A stretch of 64,000 nucleotides of DNA from Mantamonas sphyraenae STR306 (GCA_026936335.1 JAPMXV010000041.1:62001-126000), one strand, 5' to 3'. Numbered from the stretch's first letter, positions 13,965-26,897 are shown. Program-made: numbers and translations. The notes: generated by a model from the sequence alone, not told the origin.

Positions 13965-16900
13965 TGTTGACGCACAGTGAGGACATTGACACCTGCCGAG
14001 TTGTCGTAGTACGCGAGTGGCACGTTGTCGTCGTCGTCGTCGTCGTCGTCCTCGTTATCATTGGCGTCATCGTCGTCGTTGTCATACTCGTCGTCGTCGT
14101 ACGAGTCGCGGTAGTCCCTGCTGTCCTCCCCGTCATCGTCGCCGTCTGCGTCGCCGTACCCGCGCTCGTACGCGTAGCCGTAGCCTTGGCGGTACGCATT
14201 CTGAGCTGCCTGCATGGCACGTTGCTCCTGCGCCGCCTGTTCGCGCTGCAGACGCAGGTAGTACTCATCCTCCTCTTCGCCTTCGTCCTCGTACTCCTCG
14301 TCCTCCTCTCCTCATCATCGTACTCGCCGTCGTCCACATACAGATCGCCTGCCTCGCTGTTGGCTGGCTGTGCTGCGGTGGAAGCCACCTCGGAGCCTGG
14401 GCCTGATTCGCCCTGTGCGCTGCTGCCTGCCAACTCCGATGCCAACTCGTCCGCTGCGTCTTCCAGCATGTTGCGCAGGTAGGCCACACGGTCCTGCACC
14501 GTGTGCAACCTGTTCAGCTTGGCCTCCAAATCCATGTAAAACTGCTCCAGCTCTTCCCGCTCGTCTGCTGTCAGCGGCTCGTTTGGCGTTGCGCTGCGTG
14601 CTGCTTCCAACGCACGTTCACGTGCCACCATGGCCCTGTCTGCACGTTCACGGCCTGCTTGTGCTCGCTGTTGTGCTGCGTAGTACGCTGCCTCTGCCTG
14701 GGCTTCTGCCTCTTCATCATCATCGTCGTCGTCGTCGTCTTCGTCCTCTTCCTCCTCCTCTTCGGCCTCACCCTGCTCGTATGCGTACGCCTGATCGGCA
14801 CGCACGACAATCACCACCTCTTCCTCGTCGTTCTCGTTTAGGATCAGCGTCACCGGCACCTCGTTGCCGTACTGGTCGCGCACATACTCGATCGGCACAT
14901 TTGCAAGCTGTGCCATCGGCACTGCAATCTGCCGCAGCGTGTTCAGATCCACGTACTCGTCGTCGTCCAGCAAGTCCACACTGTACTCTTCCTCTTCGTA
15001 CGCGTCATCGTTCACCTCCAGCCTCCCACGCTGTTGCTGCTGCTGCTGTTGTTGCTGCATGCTTGTGCCTGTGCCGGTGCTTGTGCTTCTGCTGCTCTGC
15101 CCCATCTGCGTCTGTGTCTGTGTCGACTGCTGCTGTTGCTCGTCGTCGTCGTAGTCCTCGTCATCATACTCCCCGTACGCGTCCATCTCGTCCTGCTCCA
15201 TCTGCTCCAACTGTGCCAGTTGAGCCAGCAGGTTGTTGTGCTGTCCCATCAGCGCGTTGTGCTGGCGTCGCAGGTCTTCCAACAAGGCCAGCTGCTCCGC
15301 CGACGAAAGATCGTCGTTCAACAGCCTCTCTTTGGCCGCCTGCAGCTGCTGCAGCTTGCCCACTTGCCGTTGGTACTCAGCAAACGTCTCCTCCATCACC
15401 ACTTGCTTGGCTGCCAGCGCCGCCTCCTGCACCTGCATCTGTGCCTCCATTTCTTCCTCCTGTGCACGCAGACGTGCCATTTCGCGCGATTCCTGCACCA
15501 TTGCGTCGTCGTCGTCGTCGTCGTCATCATCATAGTCATAGTCTTGGTCGTCGTCATCGTCGTCGTAGGCGTCATACTCGTCATCATACGCGTAGCCGTA
15601 TGCTGCAGCACGCTGAGCCTGTGCGGCCTGTGCCTCTTCCATGTGACGCTGTGCACGCCAGGCACGCTCGCGCTGTTCCACCTCTGCCTGCGCTTGGGAC
15701 AACTCGCCCTGTCGCTGACGCAGCATCTCCACGTGCGCCTGGTGCAATTGCAGTCGTTCTTGCAGCTCCTCCAGTGACATGTTGTGAAGCTGTTCGGGTG
15801 TCACAGGCTCTTCCGCCGCCGCCATGGCCATGGCTTGCATGCTGCTTGCCAACACCTGGTTCATGCGTGCTGCAGACCCGCCCGGTCCACCACTTCCACC
15901 CACCACGCCTCCTCCCCCGCCACCACCACCCACCTCTGCTCTCGTCCTCGTGCGTTCTGCATCCTCCACTGGGTACGATGCCGATGTGCTGCGTTCGTAT
16001 CGCTGTGCAGACTCTTGTGCACGCAGCCATGGGAATCCATCCTCTTCCTCGTCTTCTTCCTCCTCCTCGTACTGTTCTTCATAGTCCTGGTCATCTCCCT
16101 CATCGTCATACGCATCTGCATTGTCGTCGTCGTCGTCGTCGTCTTTGTACTCTCCGGCTCGTCCTTCCAGCTCGGCAAGTTGACGCAGCAGATCCTGCTG
16201 GATGCGTCGTTGCTGCTCCTGGTACTCCATCAATTGCTGCAACTGCCGCAGTTGGTCCAGCTGGGCCTCCACCTGTGCATCCTCCTGCGCCTCTGCCTCT
16301 TCGTCCAGGTATGTCTCGTCCACAGCCCCCACGCGGTCGGCCCACATCACATGCGGGCTTGCCGTTGCCTCCTGCGTTTGGTTCACCGTGCTCCGTGTCC
16401 TCATTGTACCTGCCTGCGTCTCCTGTCTCCTACTGGGTACTTCTGCCAGGTTGCTGGCTGCCGTCAGTGCCTCCATCGCCGACGCAAGGTAGTCCACTTG
16501 CGCGTCCAGTTCCTCCAGCTGTTCCACGCTCGTCCCGTCTGCGTGCTCCTGCACCCACTGCAGCTGTTCCTGCAGCTTTGTCAGTTCCGCGCGTGTGCTG
16601 TGTGTTGTTGTATCCCGTGGTCCAGTGTATGTGTGTGCGTGTGTGTGTGTGCGTGTGGCGTTGTGCGGCAACGTGGGGCGTTCCGGGTGAGCGATGTGCC
16701 TCTCTTGTATCTCTTCTCCCACACACTCGACTTTCTCGGGCTCCTTCATCCTGCCACACGTGTTCTGCATGGCACACGACACATCCGACACGTGCCCATG
16801 CCAACTTGCGACACAACCACTCACCTGCGCAGGTTCAGCAACTCGTTGTCGATGCGTTGCAGTTCGCTTTGCTGTGCCGCTCTCGCCTGTTCCATCGACT

Positions 16901-17590
16901 CCAGCTGCTCCAGCATCGCCTGGTGCGTCGCCATCAGATCTTCTGTGTTCATTGTCTCCAGCTCCTCTGTGCTGATGTCCACCGTGCCTCGCGGCCCGCT
17001 TGCGTTCCCACTCGATGCCTGCGCCTGTGTCGACGGTGTGTGTCAGTGAAAAATCGCGCGCAAAATTGCCGCCAAAAAAATTCACACTCTCTTGCCACAC
17101 ACACACTCACCTCTGCTCCAGGCCACGGTCCAAAGTCCTGATAGAACTCGTCTTGCTCGCGGCGCTGCTGCTGCTGCTGTTGCTGCTTCTGCTGCTGTTG
17201 TTGCGCTCGCTGTGGGCTGCGTTGCGCCTCGCCCCACGCCTGGCGAGCGGCCATGAGCTGCGAGAGCCGCGCCTGCTCGGCCTCCAACTCGGCCTGCCGC
17301 CGTTCCCGTGTGGCCTTGGCCTTTGCAGCCTGGCTCTCCAGCTGCGCCTGGGCCTCTTCCATGTACCAGTCGCGTTGCATGTTGCCCGACGGCCCATACG
17401 GCCGTCCCGAGGCGCCTGCCGAGCGAGTGCCTCGCTGCACAGCCGCTCGTCGAGTGCCGCTAGCCTGCGGCGTCTGAACCTGCCTTCCAGCCTGGCGTCG
17501 CATCCGCTGTGCCGCCACCGCATACTCCTTCTGTGGCGTCACCGTCACCTGCACCTCGTTCACTGCTCGTTGCTGCTGTGCTCGTGACAT
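10385..17590 (-). CDS. Very large acidic/coiled-coil protein with a PCM1 C-terminal-domain-like region (PCM1-like); at least 2 introns and one apparent 1-bp indel near 14309
   Basis: Exons 17590-17111, 17024-~16825 and ~16597 onward. Blocks KEELYQQMVDLVSAHRRDPDFLLLILEQVQTL..DLRERVLRLLE and QLAYTMREAVVKYAG..EERREELLKDVSDILYEEM resemble the two conserved PCM1_C helical blocks as I recall them. Confidence 0.65.
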
Positions 17591-17662
17591 GCGTGTGTTG
17601 ACGGACTGGGGTGGTAGCCCCGTCGCGCTCCGAACCACCGCAATTCTGCATCGAACCCCACC

Positions 17663-20102
17663 ATGTACGTGTCCCATCCCACCCCCCCCCCCCCTTCATC
17701 ACCACCACACAGCATCCCCCCCTTCTTTCACACATACCCACCCGGATTCGACTGACACGCGTTACTCCGATTTTGTTTTTCGCCGGCGGCTTTGCTCGCT
17801 TGCTCTCGCTCTCTCTTTCTCGTGTGTGTGTGTGTGGCACGCGCTTGCAGGAAGATCTGCGACAAACTCAAGCAAGCGCTGGAGGAGCGTGACTACTGCT
17901 TTGGCTTTGAGTACTTTCCGCCCAAGACCGAGTCGGGCCTTCACAACCTGTACTCGCGTCTTGACCGCATGGCCAAGCTGGAGCCGCTCTTCATGGACAT
18001 CACCTGGGGCGCCGGAGGCTCGACCAGCGACCTGTCGGTGGAGATTGCCGCCCACATCCAACAATACGTCGGATGCGAAGCCCAGATGCATCTCACCTGC
18101 ACCAACATGCCCGTGGAGAAGCTGTACCAGGGTCTCAAGGAGGCCAAGGAGGCCGGCATCCAGAACATCCTCGCCCTGCGAGGAGGTAAGTACCATCCAT
18201 TTGTGCCTGCGATCTCTCGTTCTGCAACCTCCCATGTGTTGCCCATCCATCCATCCGTCCGCCGTGTGCCGTTGTGCACAAAACGTCAACTGGTCCCTCC
18301 TGGCAGCGCATGCGTCCCGGAACACACGCACCTCATCGCGCCCCTGCCGTCCCCACGGACTTTCACTGCACACGCAGCATGTCTGTGCGGATGGCAAGCA
18401 CACCCGGTTGCACCATGAACAAATCCGCTTCCGCAAATGTGGCGTGTGCATGGCTGGAGGGCGCCGTGACGTGGCGACGTCAAAGGCCGGAACAGGAATT
18501 TTCGCCACGCGCGCAAGTCAGGACAGGTTTCTGCCCGCGCTGACACACACACACACACACACACACAGATCCGCCGCGTGGACAGGAGTGGCAACAGGTG
18601 GAGGACGGATTTGCAAATGCAACGGACCTGGTGCGATACATCCGCAAGGAGTATGGCGACTACTTTCACATCACGGTGGCCGGCTACCCCGAGGCACACC
18701 CGGATTCCGGGGACTACCAGCAGGATCTGGTGTACCTGAAGGAAAAGGTGGACGCCGGGGCGGACATGGTGATCACGCAGCTGTTCTACGACCCGGAGGC
18801 GTTCCTGAAGTTTGAGAAGGACTGCAAGGAGATGGGCATTGATGTGCCGATTGTGCCGGGCATCATGCCGATCCAGAACTACAACTCGTGGAAGCGCATG
18901 TCGACGTTCTGCAAGGTGAACTGCCCCGCCGAGATGGAGGAGAACCTGGGGCCCATTGCGGACAACGATGAGGCGGTGAAGGAGTGGGGTGTGCAGTACA
19001 TCACACGCATGATCGACCAGCTGTGGAAGGGTGGCGTGCGTGTGTTCCACTTTTACACGCTCAACCTGGAAAAGTCGGTGATGCGCATCCTGGAGGAGTG
19101 CAAGTTTACCGAGCACAACGCGTTGCGCAAGCGTCTGCCCTGGCGTCCCTCGGTGCATGGCGAGCGATCGACCAAGGAGGACGTGCGTCCCATCTTCTGG
19201 TCCAACCGACCCAAGAGTTACATCGAGCGCACGCAGGCCTGGGACGAGTTCCCCAACGGCCGTTGGGGCAGCAGCGACAGCCCTGCATACGGCGACAACA
19301 CCACCTACCAGCTGGCCCATTTCAAGCCCCTCTCACCCGACAGCTTCATCGAAATGTGGGGCAAGCCCACCAGTGTGGAGGACGTGTGTGCCCTGTTCAC
19401 ACGCTACGTCAAGGGCGATCTGGAACGCCTCCCCTGGAACGACGGCCCGCTCTCCGCCGAGAGCGAGCTCATCAACGCCATCCTGGCCGACATGAACAAC
19501 AACGGCTACCTGACCACCAACAGCCAGCCCCAGGTCAACGGCGCAAAATCGGAGGACAAGACGGTGGGATGGGGTGGTCCCGGCGGATACGTCTACCAGA
19601 AGAGTTACCTGGAGTTTTTCTGCTCGCCCGAGCAGTTTGAGCAGCTCAAGGCCAAGTTTGACGACTATCCCACCCTTACCTACCTGGCCATCGACAACAA
19701 GGGCAACACCAGCGGCAACAACACCGACGCTGCCATCGCCGTCACCTGGGGTGTGTTTCCCTCCCGCCAGGTTGTCCAGCCCACCGTCGTCGAGGAGCAG
19801 AGCTTTGGCGTGTGGAGTGTAAGTTACGGGGAGAGAGGGATGGGTGGTGGTGGGAGAGAGGAAGAGAGCAGGAAGCGTGCACCCCGCTTGCGAGGATGAT
19901 TTTATCTCAAAGCATAGTTCAGCTGAGCCGCTGCCGATGCAAACATCTGGCAGCATGCAGATAAGCCTTCGGGTTATGAGAACTGAGCAAGCGCGGTGCA
20001 CAGCGCGATAGAGGGCAATGAGGACGTGTGTGTGAGCGTGTGGAAAGAAGTGGATGGCAAAAGCTCACGCATTTGGGTGCACACATGGTCATGAACGACA
20101 CC

Positions 20103-20141
<39 letters not shown>

Positions 20142-20340
20142 CGAGTCGTACCAGCTGTGGACCTGGTGGGCTGAGCTGTACGAGGAGGACAGCGAGTCGC
20201 GCAAGCTTCTGGAGAACATCCGGGACACCTACGTCCTGGTGTGCATCGTGGAGAACGACTACATCAACGGTGACATCCACGCCATCTTTGCAGACGGCAA
20301 CAGCAGCAGCAGCAGCAGCAGCACGCAGGCCAACCTGTGA
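17663..20340 (+). CDS. MTHFR: Methylenetetrahydrofolate reductase (eukaryotic, with regulatory domain); exons 17663-17664, 17851-18185, 18569-19818, 20140-20340
   Basis: [101 protein letters not shown]. Confidence 0.97.
19887..19991 (+). ncRNA. Intronic box C/D snoRNA, probable guide for the LSU rRNA 2'-O-methyl site equivalent to yeast Am807 (snR39/snR59; human U32/U51 type)
   Basis: In MTHFR intron 3: box C AGGATGA 19893-19899, D' CTGA 19923-19926, D CTGA 19983-19986; 14/15-bp flanking inverted repeat (19877-19891 / 19987-20001). The D' guide GCATAGTTCA is complementary to the conserved LSU rRNA sequence UGAACUAUGC. Confidence 0.75.
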
Positions 20341-20453
20341 GGTGGTCAGATGCAACGAATGAAAACCACATCCAAACAACTCGTTCCCATTTCCTTTCTC
20401 AAGAACACGCTGCTGCCAACTGGGTGGATTGTATAGTGAAGAGAACAGTGGGG

Positions 20454-23268
20454 ACTGCATTCACTGTGCCCCTACCAAAACGGCAGGGACATCACCAAAC
20501 ACACCTTGACTCACGCTCGCCTCCATTGCCTCCAGACGACCTCGCCTCGGTCACCCCTCGCGGGAGACACAACCAGCAAGTGCATGGGACATGGAGCACA
20601 CGCTTGTCGAGTTGAAGCGCACTTACTTCTTGCTCTTCTTGGCCTCCTTCTTGTTGACCGACTTGATCACACCGACGGCAACCGTCTGGCGCATATCACG
20701 CACGGCAAAGCGTCCCAGGGGCGGGTACTCGGTGAAAGCCTCCACGCACATGGGCTTGCTCGGGGTCAGGGTCACCATGGCGGCGTCGCCCTTCTTGACC
20801 GACTTGGGGAACTCCTCGAGAGCCTTGCCCGAACGGCGGTCGATCTTGGTCACGATCTCGGTGAACTTGCAGGCAACGTGGGCCGTGTGGCAATCCAGCA
20901 CGGGCGCGTAGCCGTTGGTGATCGTACCCGGGTGGTTCATGATGATCACCTGGGCGTAAAAGTCGGCGGCCTCGAGGGGCGGGTCGCGCTTGCTGTCACC
21001 TGCCACGTTGCCACGGCGGATGTCCTTCACGCTCACGTTCTTGACGTTGAAGCCGACGTTGTCACCGGGGATGGCCTCCTCCAGCGACTGATGGTGCATC
21101 TCCACCGACTTGACTTCGGTGCTGATGCCAGCGGGGGCAAAGGTCACGACCATGCCGGGCTTGATGATACCAGTCTCGACACGGCCCACGGGAACAGTTC
21201 CGATGCCACCGATCTTGTACACGTCCTGGAGCGGCAGACGCAGGGGCTTGTCCACAGGGCGCTTGGGCGGCTCGCAGGCATCCAGAGCCTCCAGCAGGGT
21301 GGGGCCCTTGTACCACTTCATGTTGTCACCAGCGTCGATCATGTTGTCGCCATGGAAACCAGAGATGGGCACAAACGGCACGTTGTCCGGGTTGTAGCCG
21401 ATCTTCTTGATGACCTTGCTGATCTCCTTCTTGATCTCCTTGTAGCGCTTCTCCTTGTACTCGGCCAGATCCATCTTGTTGACACCGACAATGAGCTGAC
21501 GCACACCCAGAGTGAAAGACAGCAGAGCGTGCTCGCGGGTCTGGCCCTCCTTGGAGATACCAGCCTCGAACTCACCCTGACCGGCAGCCACAATGAGGAC
21601 GGCCAGATCAGCCTGAGAGGTACCGGTGATCATGTTCTTGATGAAATCACGGTGACCCGGGGCGTCGATGATCGTGAAGTGGTACTTGCTGGTCTCGAAC
21701 TTCCACAGGGCAATGTCGATGGTGATACCACGCTCGCGCTCAGCCTTGAGTTTGTCCAGCACCCAGGCGTACTTGAACGAGCCCTTGCCGATGTCGTTGG
21801 CCTCCTTCTCGAACTTCTCGATGGTACGCTTGTCGATACCGCCGCACTTGTAGATCAGGTGACCGGTGGTGGTCGACTTGCCGCTGTCCACGTGGCCAAT
21901 CACAACAATGTTGACGTGAGTCTGGAGTGAAGGGAGGAGAGGGAAGGATGGTGTGAGTGTGAGTGGTTGGGGGTGGGGGTGGTGGGGTGGTGTGGATCTG
22001 GGGCATGGGACGATTGCAGAGCGGATGGGATGGGGGATTGTTGCTGGCCCGCGTGTGTGTGTGTGTGTGCTACATGTGCAGGATCTGCAGAGGGTGTGGA
22101 TGCACACCGCGTGCATATTCCTGGCAGAGAAGCACACACACAGAGCATGCAGACACACAGGGAGCACAGGGTGGGGCAAAACGTCACGCGCGTGTCCCGG
22201 ACCGGAAGGATTTTCCACCGTCCGTTTTGGCACGTGGCACGCGTGCTCGTGTTTGCCCGCCTGCAGGTCCAGTGCTGCACATACACACACGCACACGTGC
22301 CGCAGACGAGGCGTACGCATGTGGCGTGTGCGTGTGTATGTGCGCATCTGTGTGTGCTGTTCCCACAGCCCGACCAGGACTGTCGAAACAGCGAACAACA
22401 CAAAGGACGGCAAAACCGCATGCAGCGAAAAAATCCTTTGGCTCCACGCCCAGACGCAGCACAGGTGGCCACGTGCGCACGAGGTCTGTGTGCGCACAGC
22501 ACATGGCTGCGCACACACATGCCGCGTGCAGCCGGGTGGTTGTGCATGGTGTCGCGGACGTGTGTCGAGCTGTAGGAGGCGCAGACGTCGCTGTCACCGG
22601 GCAAAATGTGGAAGCACGCACCTTCTCCTTGCCCACTGCATTTGCAGAGCAGCGCGCAGAGGCGGCAAACAGACGCACGAGCGGAAGCACACACAGGGTC
22701 AGCGACGGAGTACAGGTGGACACATTGTGTGTGTGTGCAGTGGAATGGAGGGTGTGTGTGTGTGTGTGGTGGATGGTGAAGCGAGAGGGCTGACGTACTT
22801 TTCTGAGTGTGAGTTTTTTCTTTGTTCGGGTGGCAGCCGCGGCGCATCGGCAACAGGCAGGGTGAAATGTCCCACACACTGCAGATGACAGGGAGGAGTG
22901 GTGAGGATACGGAGGAAGGGAGGGAACGGGGATATGTGGTCTGTGTAGGTTGGGGATGGGGTGTGGCAGCGAGAAGACGGGAAGGAGCGAAGGAAGTGAT
23001 GCGATGCAGGGACAAAGGCAAGTCGACATGTCGACACAGAAACAGAGTGACGCACGAGTGAAGGAGGATGGAGAGGAGAATGGGGGCAAGCTGTTTTCGC
23101 CGAGTGCAGAGCGGAACAGGGAACCGATCCTGGAGCAGCTGCTGAAGCTGAAGCCGACGGGGCCGATCTTGACGGTGGCGTCTGGGACGGGACAGCAGGA
23201 CTCGTACTGGGCGACAGAGCTGCCACAAGTGCACTTCCAGCCTACAGAGTACCTGAAGGAGAACCTGG
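20454..23268. repeat. Left arm of a ~2.8 kb inverted segmental duplication (EF-1alpha plus the 5' part of METTL26)
   Basis: Near-identical reverse complement of 26429-29250, including introns and UTRs. Confidence 0.95.
20623..22799 (-). CDS. EEF1A: Elongation factor 1-alpha, copy A (exons 22799, 22635-22622, 21921-20623)
   Basis: Spliced A|TG GGC AAG GAG AAG|ACT CAC gives [37 protein letters not shown]...; full-length canonical EF1A. Confidence 0.97.
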
Positions 23269-23681
23269 TGTCCATCGATGCCTACGTGAAGGAAGCTGGC
23301 CTGAGCAATGTTGCACCGGCGGCTTTTCTGGACGTGCTCGCAAACCCATGGCCGTTCACAGAGAGCTACGAGATCATTGTGTGTTCCAATATGATCCACA
23401 TTACGCCTTGGGAATGCACGGAGAGTCTGTTTGCGCAGGGTGCGCTTGTGCTGCAGGACGGAGGCAAGTTGTGTTTGAACGGCCCGTTCAAGATCGACGG
23501 CAAAGCCACCACAGATTCCAATGCCGCGTTTGACGAGAATCTCAAGTCACGCAACGAGAGCTGGGGCATCCGGGACATTGCGGACGTGGACGCTGAGGCT
23601 GAGAAGAACGGCCTGGTGCGAACTGCCATGAACGAGATGCCGGCCAACAACTTTTTCGTCGTGTACGCCAAACAAGAATGA
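23028..23681 (+). CDS. METTL26: METTL26 / DUF938 class I SAM-dependent methyltransferase-like protein
   Basis: FSPSAERNREPIL, ASGTGQ, FQPTE, NMIHITPW..TESLF, GPF..DGK.T.DSN.AFD.NLKSRN..WGIRD, EMPANN. Confidence 0.88.
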   Translation: MSTQKQSDARVKEDGEENGGKLFSPSAERNREPILEQLLKLKPTGPILTVASGTGQQDSYWATELPQVHFQPTEYLKENLVSIDAYVKEAGLSNVAPAAFLDVLANPWPFTESYEIIVCSNMIHITPWECTESLFAQGALVLQDGGKLCLNGPFKIDGKATTDSNAAFDENLKSRNESWGIRDIADVDAEAEKNGLVRTAMNEMPANNFFVVYAKQE

Positions 23682-23757
23682 AGCGGGTTGTTCCATGGTG
23701 TGTGTGTGTGTATGATTCGAGACAAAGCGAAAAAAATGAACAGCGTACGTGTGTATT

Positions 23758-26366
23758 TCAAGCGCTTTCAAGGGCAATCTTGGCATCCACAGTCTCTAGA
23801 AACTGGGCTACCTTTGTGTGCTCTGCTGAGCCACTCTCGAGGGTGTTGAGCTCGTCCGCCACAATGGCCCGTTCCTCTTCCAGCAAGGTCAGCATGCGTT
23901 CTTTGCTTGTCTGTGCGTGTGCCTTGCGTAGGTTGCCAAGAATGCGCAGCTTGGTCTCTTCATCCTCCTGTGCTCTGTGGGTTGCATGTGTGTCAGCATG
24001 AATGCATGCACATCTCTCTCTCTCTCTCTCTCTTTCTTGCACGCTCTACCCGCGAGAGTGCGTCCTGCATCCCTTCACACTGTCCACTTACTCGTATCGG
24101 TTGCGGGTGTTGCTGCTCACAGGCGATGCCTTGAACGCCGTGGGGATGTCAAACTTGAGCTCCAGGCCGGCAGAGAGCACATCCTGGTCTGCAAAACGAA
24201 AGTAGCTCTCGTGCGAATCGATGCCTGTGTTGATGCCGAAGCGGTTGCCGCGCAGTTGCACAATCACACCATCCTGCAGCATTTCCTTGAGCAGCGATTC
24301 AGCGTGCTCACGCGCCTCAGCATGCTTCGATTCCACCAGCCATGTCACTGCCTCATCACCCACAAACGTGTCGCGGTACAGTGCAATACGTCCCTTGCGG
24401 TCTGCCACCTGCACTCCTTTCGACCCCTGCATGGCTGCCACCACCCCGCCATATTTGGAGTGTGCCAGTCGCATCACCGCAGCTGCTGCCTCTTGCGACG
24501 ACTCTCCCTGGTCATCGCTGCCGTGGGACGCCTCCACACGCTCCTGCGCGGCTTGGATGCACGCACCCAGCTGTTCCAGCCACGCTTTGGCGTCCTGCTG
24601 GTCCGAACACACAAAGGTGAACACCTTGAGATCTTCGATACGCATGACTTGGAACGCATGTTCGTGACTATCGGTCTGCGACAACGCCACCGCCTCCAGG
24701 CGGAATACCGCACGCGCGCTGAACTTGCGCACTCCCGCTGCCTTGAGCTTGAACCGCGAGTTTTTGCTCTTGCACAGCACGAGGATGTCGTTGAATAGCA
24801 CCAGCGTACGCTCCTCCAGTTTGGCTTTCTTTGTCAGCGATCCCGAGCCAACGAGCTGCACTGGACCTTGGCGAACGATTCGCCTGTTTGGCACGCCCAA
24901 ATCCACGTTCTATGGGTGGTGGTGGTGATGGGGAGTGAGTGGGGTGCGTGTGTGTACGTGTGGACGTGTGGACGTGTGGTTGTGCCAACATACGAGTCCT
25001 TCCCAGTCGATGGCCTGCTGCAGCTCGACCGCCGCTTCGACGGCCTTGGAATCCTGCATGGCCTGTTCGATGGCTGTGGTAAGCAGTTCCATCTGTTGCA
25101 GGCAGTACTGAAGCGCGCTGTGGTCGATGTGGAATGGGGATGTCACTTCCACCAGCTTGGCAAACAGCGCTGGATACTCGTCGACGTGTTGTGCCGGAGC
25201 CGTGATGAAGTCCAGCAGGCTGCGTTGCTTGCACTTTGGGTTGTTGCTCGCCTCCTACATGCCGTGTGTGCGTGTGTGTGTATGTGGACATACACATGAT
25301 GGCGGTTTCTGTGTCAGCTTGCTGTGGCGTTTGGTTGCAGGGATGAAAGTGGAAGAGTGGGAGGCCCGTTTTCGATGCCCAAACTGACCCGCACAAGTTG
25401 GGCAAATTCTGCGTTGTCCTTGTTCAGCTCCACAAACAGATCCAGCGAACGGTGGAGATTGGTGCAGTACTGTACATACACCTTGAAATATACAATCTGT
25501 GTGGGTGGTGTGGGTGAGTGAGTCGGGAGCAGCGTTGACGAGGCTGGAGCCCACGAAACGCACCTTGGCCTTGAAGATCAGGCCGATGTGGGACTTCTTG
25601 GACGAACCCAACAGCGACACAGTGATGTCCTGGTGCATCATGAGCAGCTGTTGCATGGAGGAGAACAGGGTGGAGATGTCCTGTTGCGTGAGGATGGCGC
25701 TGAGCGGCTTTGAGAAGACCGTGTTGAGCGTGTTCAGCATTTCCACAAAGGCGCACTCCCGGTCCACAAATGCTTGCACACACTCCTTGCGCGTGTCATC
25801 TGATATTCCCTTGGCCTCCCACTGAGATACACACACGGTGTATATGCACGCAAAGGGGGCACAGGCGTGTCAGTGGCTGATCCAACGGGTTGGCTGGCGT
25901 GAACACACTCACCTCGGCCTTCTTCTCCAGAAACTCGGGCAGAAGGTCGTCCGTAAGCAACTCCAGCAGATGTGCAGCAACTTTCTGCAGCAACTCTGTG
26001 TCCACTGCCTGCTCCTCGTCCACGTGGTCGGGCACCATGGCCACCAGATCCTGTGCAAACAGCCGGTGTGTGTGAGGTCGTGGGATTGGGTCAGTTGCAC
26101 AGGAACGAGTTTGCTCGAAAACAACGTGTGTGGCCGCTCACCTCTGGCAGGAGCAGCTCTTCCTTGTTCTTCAGAAACTTGTCGTGCAAATTCTTGTTCG
26201 CAACTCGCTGTGCCACCGCATCCTCGTTGTCCAGCACGTCGCAAACTGCCATCCACACCGCAAACGGATTCGCGTCGTCCTGAGACGTCTCTGTGCGCAC
26301 AAACTGCTCAAACTCGGCCCGTGTCACGTCATCCGAACGGATGCTGTGGACATCGAGATCGGCCAT
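23758..26366 (-). CDS. RGS - RhoGEF (DH) - PH - DEP multidomain protein, multi-exon
   Basis: RGS-like EFEQFVRTE..NPFAVWMAV..LHDKFL; DH RKECVQAFVDRECAFVEMLNTL...LFSSMQQL...FKVYVQYCTN...FITAPAQHVDEYPALF; PH RRIVRQGPV..ERTLVLFNDILVLCK; DEP YRDTFVGDEAVTWL...LQDGVIVQL..YFRF. Confidence 0.8.
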
Positions 26367-26428
26367 GTTGTCAGATGGCGGTTTGGGTTGAATCCTGTTG
26401 CGCGGGTGACAAACATGATAAACAGAGC

Positions 26429-26669
26429 CCAGGTTCTCCTCCAGGTACTCTGTAGGCTGAAAGTGCACTTGTGGCAGCTCTGTCGCCCAGTACGAGTCCT
26501 GCTGTCCCGTCCCAGACGCCACCGTCAAGATCGGCCCCGTCGGCTTCAGCTTCAGCAGCTGCTCCAGGATCGGTTCCCTGTTCCGCTCTGCACTCGGCGA
26601 AAACAGCTTGCCCCCATTCTCCTCTCCATCCCCCTTCACTCGTGCGTCACTCTGTTTCTGTGTCGACAT
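26429..26669 (-). pseudogene. Duplicated 5' fragment of METTL26 (~80 codons), in frame with the downstream RGS-RhoGEF gene
   Basis: MSTQKQSDARVKGDGEENGGKLFSPSAERNREPIL...FQPTEYLEENL ends at the duplication breakpoint and continues without a stop into MADLDV (26366). Confidence 0.8.
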
Positions 26670-26897
26670 GTCGACTTGCTTTTGTCCCTGCATCGCATCA
26701 CTTCCTTCGCTCCTTCCCGTCTTCTCGCTGCCACACCCCATCCCCAACCTACACAGACCACATATCCCCGCTCCCTCCCTTCCTTCGTATCCTCACCCCT
26801 CTTCCCTGTCATCTGCAGTGTGTGGGACATTTCACCCTGCCTGTTGCCGATGCGCCGCGGCTGCCACCCGAACAAAGAAAAAACTCACACTCAGAAA

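Noticed and set aside
14295-14320. Programmed frameshift or two separate genes in the PCM1-like locus
   Set aside because: One base is missing in a GAG repeat with no slippery site; most likely a sequencing/assembly indel. Similar single-base problems occur at ~36415, possibly ~3337 and ~52253.
10067-17141. Long plus-strand ORFs (e.g. 14370..17141, 12806..14482) and similar antisense ORFs over EF1A, VPS35, RPS4 and the GILT-like gene
   Set aside because: Antisense shadows of GC-rich, codon-biased or trinucleotide-repeat genes (poly-S/L/V/C translations).
21953-22888. Cys/His/Val-rich ORFs in the EF1A introns and other (CA)n regions
   Set aside because: Translations of dinucleotide microsatellites inside introns.
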